Below, in pieces: positions 30,859 through 39,989 of a DNA stretch of 64,000 nucleotides; position 1 is the stretch's first letter, and each line of letters begins with the position of its first letter. The notes under the pieces are model-generated. The model worked only from the letters and a program-made list of their open reading frames with translations, did not search any database and had not been told where the DNA came from. The DNA lies in IMG/VR virus record IMGVR_UViG_3300009785_002875, one strand, 5' to 3'. Origin of the DNA: an uncultured virus (IMG/VR IMGVR_UViG_3300009785_002875). Lineage: Duplodnaviria; Heunggongvirae; Uroviricota; Caudoviricetes. The translations under genes were made by a program, and so were the position numbers.

Positions 30859-32504
30859 AAGGCTAATTCATAAGTTTTTATAATTTCACCTATAATTGTT
30901 TTAGATGAAAATTTATTTATATCTTCTGGTGGGTTATGTAGTTTTTTAGATTTAATTTCACCACTTTCATCTATATCGTATATTATTCCTGGTTTACCAC
31001 ACAACCAACCTTCTATTGTTGTTCTACCTAATAATATACCCGCTGTTATATCACATTGTTCAATATAACTCTCCACAGACCAGGTGGGTTCAAAATACTT
31101 AACATGGTCTAACCCAAGATTATCCAATATACTAGTTCTTTTTCTACCCACAATCCACAACTCTTGATTATTTTTCTCTGTTTCTTTTACTAAATCTAAT
31201 ATAGCGTTTTGTCTAAGGTAATCTATAGTACCAACAAATAAAACCCGTTCTTTTTGGTTTTTAGGTTTTTGTGTTGGTTTAAATCTGGTAGTATCAAATG
31301 GGTTGTATATTACTGATGTTTTTTTGACGTCTATGCCGAATTTACCCACAATATAGTCTTGTATTTCAGGCCTTATACATATATAGTGACTCACCCTATC
31401 TTCTTTAACTGGGTGCTCTAAATCAATAACCTCAGAATGTATTGTTGTGACTACCGGTGTTGTTGGGTACATTTTTAAGAACTGTTCCGTTATTGGTTTG
31501 TGGTGTAAGTGCATAACATCGAAGTTACCATCAGAAATCTTATATAACTGACCTTTTTCCATAAGCACAGGACCTTGTGGTGTATTTAAACTTAATTCAC
31601 CATCACCAACCTTAAACCCTGGTGGTTCATTACTTGGGTACGTTTCTATACCTAAGGCCTTTACTCTTTTTTCAATGTCACCACCAACATTAGAACAAAT
31701 AGTGACACTGTGCCCTAATTCTTTAAGTGATTTGGCTAACTCATATACGTGTAATTCTGAACCTGTAAAATCGTTAAAGTTTAAACAAGCTATTAAAATT
31801 TTTAACTTTTCATTTTTTCTTAATTTTCTATTTATTTTTACTGGTAAATTGTCTTTATATTTTTCAGAAAAGGTCTTTCTACTATCTTCCCATTCCTCAT
31901 TAGTCTTTCCGATAGATAGATGTGTTACTTTAATATCACTACACACACCAACCTTAACACCCTCTAAGTAGTTTGAAAAACAAAAATCTACATCATAAAA
32001 ATGAAACCCCTTTACTTCCTCGTTAAATTTGTTTTTTAATAGATTTTTATTAACACAGAAGAATAACCCATCAACTAAAATAACATCGTCTAATTTATTA
32101 CCCACATCTTTAGAGTACCTTGTTAACCATCTTTTACCTTCGTCTTCATGGTAAACCGCTCCGTGCATCTTGGAGAAGTCGTCCCACCAACGTCCTGTTT
32201 TTGATAGGTACCTAGTACCCGCGATACCTATAATACCATATTCGGAATCTCTTTTAAAATGGTTTAATAGTTTTCTACCCCAATTCCTAGTGTCAAATTT
32301 TAAATCGTCGTGACAGAAAAGTACTAAGTCACTAGTAGACATCACCAATCCTTTATTATATAATTTTGTTAATGATTCCCCATTAGAATTTTCAAATGGT
32401 ATTATTTGTAAATTTTTAATACCTGATGTAGATTTTAGTAAATCTATATAGTACTGGTCTAGTTTTCTAGTTGATATTACTATAGTTAGTTGAGTTTTTT
32501 TCAT
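30855..32504 (-). CDS. Two-domain glycosyltransferase (GT2-like + GT4-like)
   Basis: LFCHDD, DGLF, FHFYDVD; then TGSELHVYELA and GRTTIEG. Confidence 0.8.
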   Translation of the reverse strand: MKKTQLTIVISTRKLDQYYIDLLKSTSGIKNLQIIPFENSNGESLTKLYNKGLVMSTSDLVLFCHDDLKFDTRNWGRKLLNHFKRDSEYGIIGIAGTRYLSKTGRWWDDFSKMHGAVYHEDEGKRWLTRYSKDVGNKLDDVILVDGLFFCVNKNLLKNKFNEEVKGFHFYDVDFCFSNYLEGVKVGVCSDIKVTHLSIGKTNEEWEDSRKTFSEKYKDNLPVKINRKLRKNEKLKILIACLNFNDFTGSELHVYELAKSLKELGHSVTICSNVGGDIEKRVKALGIETYPSNEPPGFKVGDGELSLNTPQGPVLMEKGQLYKISDGNFDVMHLHHKPITEQFLKMYPTTPVVTTIHSEVIDLEHPVKEDRVSHYICIRPEIQDYIVGKFGIDVKKTSVIYNPFDTTRFKPTQKPKNQKERVLFVGTIDYLRQNAILDLVKETEKNNQELWIVGRKRTSILDNLGLDHVKYFEPTWSVESYIEQCDITAGILLGRTTIEGWLCGKPGIIYDIDESGEIKSKKLHNPPEDINKFSSKTIIGEIIKTYELAL

Positions 32505-32516
32505 GTGGTGTTTTTA

Positions 32517-33149
32517 TTAATTTTTTCCAGTAGAACCGAAACCATTATTACCACGACTAGTACCATCTAACTCCTTAACTTTATTTAATTTACTCCATTT
32601 TTGTTTTAAAACGTAAGAAATAACACCTTGTGCAATCCTATCACCCCTTTTAATTGTGTACTTTTCTTTGGATAAGTTTACGAGTATAACTTTAACTTCC
32701 CCTGTATAGTTGGAGTCTACCGTACCTGGTGTATTTAGTACTGTAATACCATGTTTAATACTTAACCCACTCCTTGGTCTAATTTGTAATTCATAATCCT
32801 CGTGTACCTTAAAATGTAACCCTGTGGGTATTAACGTTCTTTCTAATGAACCTATTGTAACATCTTTATTGATGTTCGCTCTAATATCAAAACCAGAATC
32901 CTCGGCGTGATTGTATTTGGGGTCTTCAAGTTTTGAGTTGTTTACATATTCTATCTCTATTGAATTATCTAAATCGGAAAAAGCTGCGGTTTGTAACTTT
33001 TCTAATTCCTCCAAGTCCAACCCCACATCAGCAAAAATCTTTTCATCTGTACTATCTAAATCTTCAGCAAACGACTTAGAATACTCTTCTAATTTTTTTA
33101 AAGTTTCTTTCATGGTATTGTCTAATCCAGTATCTAATAAATCTTTCAT
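32517..33149 (-). CDS. dut: dUTPase (trimeric) with N-terminal acidic extension
   Basis: SGFDI, RPRSGLS, GTVDSNYTGE, RIAQ, RGNNGFGSTG. Confidence 0.95.
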   Translation of the reverse strand: MKDLLDTGLDNTMKETLKKLEEYSKSFAEDLDSTDEKIFADVGLDLEELEKLQTAAFSDLDNSIEIEYVNNSKLEDPKYNHAEDSGFDIRANINKDVTIGSLERTLIPTGLHFKVHEDYELQIRPRSGLSIKHGITVLNTPGTVDSNYTGEVKVILVNLSKEKYTIKRGDRIAQGVISYVLKQKWSKLNKVKELDGTSRGNNGFGSTGKN

Positions 33150-33844
33150 AATTTTTTTAATTTTTTTACTAAGTTAATTGTGCATTTAACATCTTCTTCA
33201 CAATAATTTTTAATTTTTTCTATATTATTACTATCATAGTAATATTTGTGCATATTTGAACCATTAACCTCACCTTCTTTTGAGGTTTCTAACCCTAATG
33301 AGGTACAGACTAGATTTAATGACGATAACCCACCAAAAGAATTAAATCCCCACACTTCTTTTGTATCTAGAACTCTAGACTCCCAAGGCTTTATAGTGTA
33401 GTTGGGTAATATCTTAGGTACTGGAATGTTATTAATTAACATTCTTTTAGCTATGTAAGGCAAATCAAAGTTCTTAACATTATGACCACATATAACAAAC
33501 CCTAATTTATCTACACGATTTAATAACTCTGAAGTTGAAATTAAAATGTTTTTTTCATCCCCATAAAAACTATCTAGTTTAGTTTCACCACTTGGCACTA
33601 TAAACCCAACCGAAATACAGACAATTTTACCAAATTCAGGTAATAAAGCTGCTCGTTTAACAAACATTTGATTACTAGAAAGTTCTGAATCTTCTGAATA
33701 TTTTCTTTTAAAGTAATCCCAACCAGTTTCTTCCCACACTTTAGATAGTTTTGGGTTTGTATGATGTAAACTATTTAAGTCTTCATCCACACCTACCGTT
33801 TCTATGTCTATGAATAATAATTTATGTATATCTTCTTTTATCAT
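33146..33844 (-). CDS. DEDD 3'-5' exonuclease (PolB-exo-like, stand-alone)
   Basis: FIDIET, GHNVKNFDLPY, YCEEDV. Confidence 0.85.
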   Translation of the reverse strand: MIKEDIHKLLFIDIETVGVDEDLNSLHHTNPKLSKVWEETGWDYFKRKYSEDSELSSNQMFVKRAALLPEFGKIVCISVGFIVPSGETKLDSFYGDEKNILISTSELLNRVDKLGFVICGHNVKNFDLPYIAKRMLINNIPVPKILPNYTIKPWESRVLDTKEVWGFNSFGGLSSLNLVCTSLGLETSKEGEVNGSNMHKYYYDSNNIEKIKNYCEEDVKCTINLVKKLKKL

Positions 33845-33894
33845 CTTTTTGTTTTAAATATACAAAAAAATATAGCAACAATCAAAAAAGCATA

Positions 33895-33924
33895 AAAAAA
33901 AGCCCTCAAATAGAGGGCTTTTTT
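33895..33924 (-). terminator. Intrinsic terminator after the major capsid gene
   Basis: AAAAAGCCCTC-AAATA-GAGGGCTTTTT. Confidence 0.85.
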
Positions 33925-33943
33925 AAAGTATATAAAGAATTTA

Positions 33944-35872
33944 CTATCTAAGTTCTTTAATGTCGAATGTTCTAATTCCATCAACAGTAATTTTTCCGTA
34001 GAATCTGTTGTTAACCATTTTCTTAGCATATCTAGTCATGATACCTTTGATTGGTGTGAAATTAAATGGATTGTACATTGTAGGTGTTAATTGTAATGGA
34101 ACGTATGGTGCGTAAACGTAACCAGTATCCAATAACGAAGTACCTTTATGTCCAATTAATACTTGGTTAGCTGGGAAATAAGGGTCTCTATAGATAGTAT
34201 ATCTACCTGATAAAGTTCCTACTTTCTCAATACCCATATTGTATGAATCTTGGTCTGGTGCTGCGTTTGAAACGTGGAAATATTCCAAGTCATCAAAAAT
34301 TGCAGAAACCTCTGAAGATACAACAATCCAGTTAGCCCCACCTCTTAAAGTAGATTTGTGAATCTGAGCTGAAATTTGATTAATCGCAGTGATTAATGTT
34401 TGGTTCCAGTCTTTTTGAGTATAAGGTGCTTGACCTGATTGGAAACGTTTCCAACCATTGTAATCCCATCTTAAGTCCCATGCTGCACCTTTTCTAAGGT
34501 CTCTCAAGATTTCTCTATCGATTTCAGCTGCAACTTCTTCAGATAATAAAGCTGTTAATTCAGCTTCAGCATCAATGTTATGGAATGCAGAAACGTCTTG
34601 TGCAAGTTCTGGAGACCATTGAGCTCTCATTTTTCTTTCAGTTACAGAAACCGTTACAGAGTCTAAATCAAAAGAAACTTCACCCATTTCATCTTCAAAT
34701 TCTAAATCAAAGTAAGAATACCATGAAGCGATAAATGGTGTTATTTGGTTTGTTACACCTAGTGCTGGTGTAGTACCGAAAGCAGTTAGAGGATAATATG
34801 AACAAACATATCCGTCTACTGAATCACATTTAATACATGCTGGACATGAAAGGTCAAGTTCAACGTAAACAGCTCCAGTAGTATCACAGATATCTGGATA
34901 TTTACCACCTGGTGTGTTTACAGAAGATGTCATTGTAGGTCCGTTGTTCGCGATAGACTTACCATACTTTTGTGTAACTAATCTAAATAATACTGGTACT
35001 AGTCCTACCCCAGGTGTTAAACCTGACGCTAATCTAAGTGGAGCGTTTGCTGTGTTATAGTATGTAGAACCTGATTTACAAGTTGTACTAGCTGATGTCC
35101 ATAGTGTTAATGAAGATAAGAATTCTTCAGAATCCATTTCATTACCAGATGGTCCAATTAATTTACCGTTACCACTGTTATTAAATCCTTCAATTTTTAA
35201 GATTGTACTTCTTACACAAGCTGTAGAAGATGTTAAAGATGAAATTTCAGCGTCTACCACATCAGCAGTATGAGTAGTGTTAGACAATGTTCTAGCTGAA
35301 GCGTTCCATTTTTGAACTACTAAGTTAGTAGCTGTAACTCCAGAACGTTTACCTTTAGAAATGTCATAAAGACCATCTTCCGGTGTTAATGGTTCACTAG
35401 TTACATAATAGTTGTCATATAAATCGATAGTTGTTGACGAGAACGGATTTGTACTTCCGTTTCCTGGTGTTCCTGGTGCCCCAACTGGTGGTAAATGACT
35501 ACCTACAGAAGTTAATGATGTTCCTGCTTCAACTCTTGATGAAACTTTAGGTACAAAGTAGAACAATTTACCGATTGGTAAGTTCATAGCTTGTACAGAA
35601 ACGATGTCATTTGCCAATAATTTAGAGAATACTCTTCTAATAATTGGAAAAACAACAGTCTCAAATGACCCTGATGAGTCAGATGATGTAGCTTCGTTGA
35701 TTAAACTTGTTGCTTGGTTTTCATATAATTGGGCAATGTTTTCTCTAGTGTGTCCTTTAAGACCGTCTAAGAAACCAAGCTTTTGCCATTTGTTCAAGGT
35801 ATCTTCTTTGATAACTTTAAGGTGTTTTAACCCTATGTTACCAACCATACCTGATTCTAATAATGCTCCCAT
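33944..35872 (-). CDS. Major capsid protein (T4 gp23-like) with large insertion
   Basis: IVSVQAMNLPIGKLFY, RAQWSPELAQD, EIDREI, YAPYVPL, FTPIKGIMTRYA. Confidence 0.95.
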   Translation of the reverse strand: MGALLESGMVGNIGLKHLKVIKEDTLNKWQKLGFLDGLKGHTRENIAQLYENQATSLINEATSSDSSGSFETVVFPIIRRVFSKLLANDIVSVQAMNLPIGKLFYFVPKVSSRVEAGTSLTSVGSHLPPVGAPGTPGNGSTNPFSSTTIDLYDNYYVTSEPLTPEDGLYDISKGKRSGVTATNLVVQKWNASARTLSNTTHTADVVDAEISSLTSSTACVRSTILKIEGFNNSGNGKLIGPSGNEMDSEEFLSSLTLWTSASTTCKSGSTYYNTANAPLRLASGLTPGVGLVPVLFRLVTQKYGKSIANNGPTMTSSVNTPGGKYPDICDTTGAVYVELDLSCPACIKCDSVDGYVCSYYPLTAFGTTPALGVTNQITPFIASWYSYFDLEFEDEMGEVSFDLDSVTVSVTERKMRAQWSPELAQDVSAFHNIDAEAELTALLSEEVAAEIDREILRDLRKGAAWDLRWDYNGWKRFQSGQAPYTQKDWNQTLITAINQISAQIHKSTLRGGANWIVVSSEVSAIFDDLEYFHVSNAAPDQDSYNMGIEKVGTLSGRYTIYRDPYFPANQVLIGHKGTSLLDTGYVYAPYVPLQLTPTMYNPFNFTPIKGIMTRYAKKMVNNRFYGKITVDGIRTFDIKELR

Positions 35873-35901
35873 ATTTTTTTATTTTTTTTTAAGCGTTTAT
35901 T

Positions 35902-37164
35902 TTATAGTTTGGACATTAAGTCCTTAATTCTACTAAATTGTGGATTTTCATAAGCTTTTGTTTCCTTCATTAACCTTTTGTCCATACCACTTGTTGGTGT
36001 AGAATTAATTTTTCTATCTACAGTCTCAGAAATAGTTTTCTTTGACTTGGTAGACTTGTTCTGAGAAAATTCTTCCCTCAGAATTTTATACAAACCTTTA
36101 GATTCTTTTAACGAACTAACATTATCAAATCTTCTTAAGATGTTAATCTTTTCTGGTTTTGTAGTAGAATGTTCAGTAAATAACCTAGTCGCGTAAGCTA
36201 AATTAGAATTAAACACACCTACTTCATTTAACTTTTCTTTAAATGTTACAAGTGCCTTTCTATATTCACCATTTTTGTTCTTAAGTGTACTAACCTCCTC
36301 CTTTAAAAGGTGGTAGTTTTCCTGAAGTACTCTACCTTTACTTCTGTCTCGATGTTCTAAATGAATACCAGAATGTTTTCTAGAATCTCTATTATACTTG
36401 TTGGTTCTATTACCAGCATGTACTTTTTGACCTAAATTATTCTGACGTACCATTTCCTCCATCTCTTGTTCTGGTTCATCTGTGTCTAACTCAATCTCAT
36501 ACGTAGGTTCGTCCTCGAAATCTTCTAAACCTTCTTCAGATTCTGGGTCGTCTACACCAATAACATCACCATGATTATGTGTTGTTATGTGTGAGTGTTC
36601 TCCAGATTCTTCATCCAATTCAATTTCGTACATTGGTTCGTGCTCCATTTCATCCATGTCATACATTTCACCCATGTCATCCATTTCTATTTCGTACATT
36701 GGCTCTTCCATCTCATTTACATTTGTTTTTTTCATAGATTTTTTGTTTTCATCCAATTTTATTAACCATTCATCATCACCATCAATAAATGAAATATCTT
36801 CATTATCGTCTTTTTGTACGATAATTCCATCTTCACTACCCATAGCTTTGAATACTCTTAGGACTTCTTCGTCTGATGCTGAAGTTAAGTCTAATGGTGG
36901 TAATTCAATACCCCCATCAATACCAAGTTCCATTTCCATACCCATGTCATCACCATTCGAATCCATGTCTATATCCATATCTACTTCTTTTTCTACGTCT
37001 CCTTGCTCTTTAAGGTAATCGTTTTCTTCGTCTAACGATTCTTTTACTAGTTCATTAATTTCTTCCTTCATTGTTGAAGAAAGTATTTCTTTTGCGTTGG
37101 ATTTCATAGTTTCTTCCAACTGTTCTGCCTCCAGCAACGCTTTTTCTATTATTGACATACTCAT
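35902..37164 (-). CDS. Prohead core/scaffold protein (gp22-like)
   Basis: Acidic coiled coil directly upstream of the MCP; start moved to MSMSIIEKALLE, downstream of the late motif at 37179-37186. Confidence 0.7.
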   Translation of the reverse strand: MSMSIIEKALLEAEQLEETMKSNAKEILSSTMKEEINELVKESLDEENDYLKEQGDVEKEVDMDIDMDSNGDDMGMEMELGIDGGIELPPLDLTSASDEEVLRVFKAMGSEDGIIVQKDDNEDISFIDGDDEWLIKLDENKKSMKKTNVNEMEEPMYEIEMDDMGEMYDMDEMEHEPMYEIELDEESGEHSHITTHNHGDVIGVDDPESEEGLEDFEDEPTYEIELDTDEPEQEMEEMVRQNNLGQKVHAGNRTNKYNRDSRKHSGIHLEHRDRSKGRVLQENYHLLKEEVSTLKNKNGEYRKALVTFKEKLNEVGVFNSNLAYATRLFTEHSTTKPEKINILRRFDNVSSLKESKGLYKILREEFSQNKSTKSKKTISETVDRKINSTPTSGMDKRLMKETKAYENPQFSRIKDLMSKL

Positions 37165-37238
37165 AAAGTTATTTTTATAATAAATATACCTCAATACCTA
37201 AAAAAATGGTTTTGGGGTATGTCTTATTTGTGTTTTTT

Positions 37239-37937
37239 TTATCTATCTAAAAAATTATTTAATTTAGACATTAATTTTAACGCTTTATCTGTTTTGTTAT
37301 CCAACCTACCTGGTTGGGTGCTTTCCAAAACTTCATCCCATTTTTCAACATCGTTAAGGTCTTTAAACAAGTAAGACCCTGGTGTTGATGGTGACGACAC
37401 TAAATCAAAACAAATCAATTCAAAATCATCTTGTACCTGGTTATGTTCACCATTTTTTGTTAATGACCCAACTCCTCTTGACGATATCCCTAATGTTACC
37501 CCATTTCTTAGAAGATTTGCGGCTATATCCCCCATTGTGGATACCACCCCATCTTTATGATAACCAGGACTAGTTAACATTTTAACTTTACCCATCAACC
37601 TATTTCCATCCCAAAAAGTTTCAGTTATCAAGTGTGATGTTCTTTCCAAATCAATTAAAGAAGATTCTGGGTGATTTAATTCTGATATAGAACCACCTCG
37701 TTTAATAACCTCCTGATACTTTTCATTTTCTCTTTTTAATATTTTCTCTGGATAAATTCTTCCGTTTCTATTTGGTACATCGTATTTTTGTAAGATACAA
37801 TACATCTCTACCTCACCATTAAAGTTTGGGTCTGATATTTCTTTTAATATTTTTGTGTTGTGTTTTGGTGAAATACTTCCAGCGTCATATTCAATTAATA
37901 TCCCATGTCCTATTTCTTTCGGTCCTAAAATCTTCAT
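37239..37937 (-). CDS. Prohead protease (T4 gp21-like)
   Basis: NRNGRIYP, ELNHP, GISSRGVGS, FDLVSSPSTPG. Confidence 0.93.
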   Translation of the reverse strand: MKILGPKEIGHGILIEYDAGSISPKHNTKILKEISDPNFNGEVEMYCILQKYDVPNRNGRIYPEKILKRENEKYQEVIKRGGSISELNHPESSLIDLERTSHLITETFWDGNRLMGKVKMLTSPGYHKDGVVSTMGDIAANLLRNGVTLGISSRGVGSLTKNGEHNQVQDDFELICFDLVSSPSTPGSYLFKDLNDVEKWDEVLESTQPGRLDNKTDKALKLMSKLNNFLDR

Positions 37938-37974
37938 ATAAATTAGTTTTATATATAAATAGATTACTATGGTT

Positions 37975-38003
37975 AAAAAAAACCTAACATATATTAGGTT
38001 TTA
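37975..38003 (-). terminator. Intrinsic terminator
   Basis: AAAACCTAA-CATATA-TTAGGTTTT. Confidence 0.55.
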
Positions 38004-38026
38004 TTTTTATAATCTTTTATAGTGTG

Positions 38027-38683
38027 TTAAACGTTTAGGCCGTCAGTTGTTATAGCTGTTAGTGAAGCGTTTCCAAGTGTACTAATCCCATCCCTAAAAC
38101 AACCATATATTGGTCCCATTTCATTAATGTCAATACATGTACTTGTGGCCGCTGTTATTGAACCCCAACCACCACCACCTAATCTAGTTGAATCGGCACT
38201 CCAAGTACCCATACCAGTACCACCACTACCTTGTATACTAAAGAAATTTAAAATTCCTTTATTGTTGGCGTACATACTAACTTTTCCATGACTAACAACT
38301 TCCCAATTACCAGTTTCGCTATTCGCACCACCACCCCATCTTAACTTAAGTGATTTACCTTCACAAAGTGAACTACCGAATCTATCACTGTGATGAAGTC
38401 TACCCATATCAGAAGATGTATCATAATCGCCATCATAAACACCATCAGCGTACGTCCACATTGGTTGTCCGTTATGGTAACACCCTTCTTGTGTTAGGAC
38501 TCTTTTAAACGCACCTCCATCATTAGCATCTGAATTAAGTTGAACTAACCCACCATTGAAATGAAGTGTTATTTTATTGTAATTACTAATTATTGTTTCA
38601 CTGTTTGATGTGTTCCCAGAAATACTCCAAGTTTTTGGTTTTGCTGTATTCCCCACCCCGGATGGAGTTGTTGATATTGCCAT
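38027..38683 (-). CDS. Putative virion surface protein; paralog of 47760-48395
   Basis: Shares ITLH, GCxxNGQPxW, ADGVYDGDYD, SDRFGSS, LNFFxIQGSG. Confidence 0.6.
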   Translation of the reverse strand: MAISTTPSGVGNTAKPKTWSISGNTSNSETIISNYNKITLHFNGGLVQLNSDANDGGAFKRVLTQEGCYHNGQPMWTYADGVYDGDYDTSSDMGRLHHSDRFGSSLCEGKSLKLRWGGGANSETGNWEVVSHGKVSMYANNKGILNFFSIQGSGGTGMGTWSADSTRLGGGGWGSITAATSTCIDINEMGPIYGCFRDGISTLGNASLTAITTDGLNV

Positions 38684-38742
38684 ATTAAAAATATTTATTT
38701 AGTTATTGTTATATCTATAAATATGGTGACGACAAATAGAAT

Positions 38743-39183
38743 CTATGATTCGATTGGTTTTTTAGAATTGTGAAAAGAGAAATATTTGTTATCCTTTAGT
38801 TCGTCACTAATTAATTGTTTCGTTTCTTTTTCAATTTTTAATATGGTCTCTTTATCTTTTAAATTTAATTTGTTTTTTGTAAAAAATGTCATTTCACATT
38901 TCATAAAAGATTTTTTACCGATACTAATACCACTACCCCTTAAATCTAAATCTACAATCATATTTTCTTTAAAAATATCTTCATCTATCACTGTAGACAT
39001 CCTTGTCTTTAATAGCTTCCTAAATTTTTTAACAACACACTTCCAGCAACTATATTCTTTTATTGGTTGTACCCAAGTTGAGAATTGGACATATATGGAT
39101 TTTAGATTTTTAGAATCTACCGTCCCTATATGAGCTTTGAAGTTTGGGTGTACTTCTATTGGTATTGTTTTGCCTGTTTTCAT
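38743..39183 (-). CDS. Hypothetical protein
   Basis: 146-aa basic ORF. Confidence 0.6.
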   Translation of the reverse strand: MKTGKTIPIEVHPNFKAHIGTVDSKNLKSIYVQFSTWVQPIKEYSCWKCVVKKFRKLLKTRMSTVIDEDIFKENMIVDLDLRGSGISIGKKSFMKCEMTFFTKNKLNLKDKETILKIEKETKQLISDELKDNKYFSFHNSKKPIES

Positions 39184-39223
39184 AATTAATTTCTATAATA
39201 AGAAATATATGAATATAAGGTTG

Positions 39224-39967
39224 TTAATTCAAATCTACCCCTAACTGTTTTAACTTTAATATAGATAACTTACTTGTTTCCATACTAGAGACAACATTTT
39301 TAGTTTCGGTTAACCTAACCTTTAAACTATTATCGTCAGATTCTTTAATTAGTATGTTGATTTTGTCTGTTATAGTGTCCTTAATTTTATTAAAATCTTC
39401 ACTTAATTCGGTTTTTTTAATTGCCATTATTTCAGATATTAAAACTTTATCTTCTTTTGTTAGGTTTGTAAATTCTTTATTATAATTTTCAGATAATGTG
39501 TAAGCTAGTATTTTTGGGTTAAAACTTGTCGACATCTTGGTTAACGTTTTCCTATTTAAAACATTTTCTACTAGATTTTTTTTAGTGTCTATCCTTTTAC
39601 TTATAGACCTAACCCCATCTTTATATATTAAATAATCTAAATCTTCATAGATGTTGTTGTTTGATTCTGATAACATTTCACTTCGTCTACTAAAAACATT
39701 ATCCAAAACACCACAAATAGTCTTTAAATTTTTAATTTTAGGTCTTAAATGAGTTATAGTTTCGTTTATATACTCATTTAATTCTTCTTTATCTTTAAAA
39801 GTTTTTTGTTCTAATTCATTATATACCGTGAAAAACTCACGAAATGGTTTAGACATTTTTAAAGCTCCCATAACAACATGGAAGTTTTCTTTAAATAGTT
39901 TTTTATTGTAGTGTGAATTCTCTAATATAGAATCTATGTTTTTTTTATAATACCCAAATGTTTTCAT
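39224..39967 (-). CDS. Hypothetical head-module protein
   Basis: Helical, between portal and protease; late motif at 39981-39988. Confidence 0.6.
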   Translation of the reverse strand: MKTFGYYKKNIDSILENSHYNKKLFKENFHVVMGALKMSKPFREFFTVYNELEQKTFKDKEELNEYINETITHLRPKIKNLKTICGVLDNVFSRRSEMLSESNNNIYEDLDYLIYKDGVRSISKRIDTKKNLVENVLNRKTLTKMSTSFNPKILAYTLSENYNKEFTNLTKEDKVLISEIMAIKKTELSEDFNKIKDTITDKINILIKESDDNSLKVRLTETKNVVSSMETSKLSILKLKQLGVDLN

Positions 39968-39989
39968 AATATCTTTTTAAAATAAATAT

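Noticed and set aside
33841..34029. 62-aa minus-strand ORF
   Set aside because: Overlaps the MCP 3' end and runs through its terminator.
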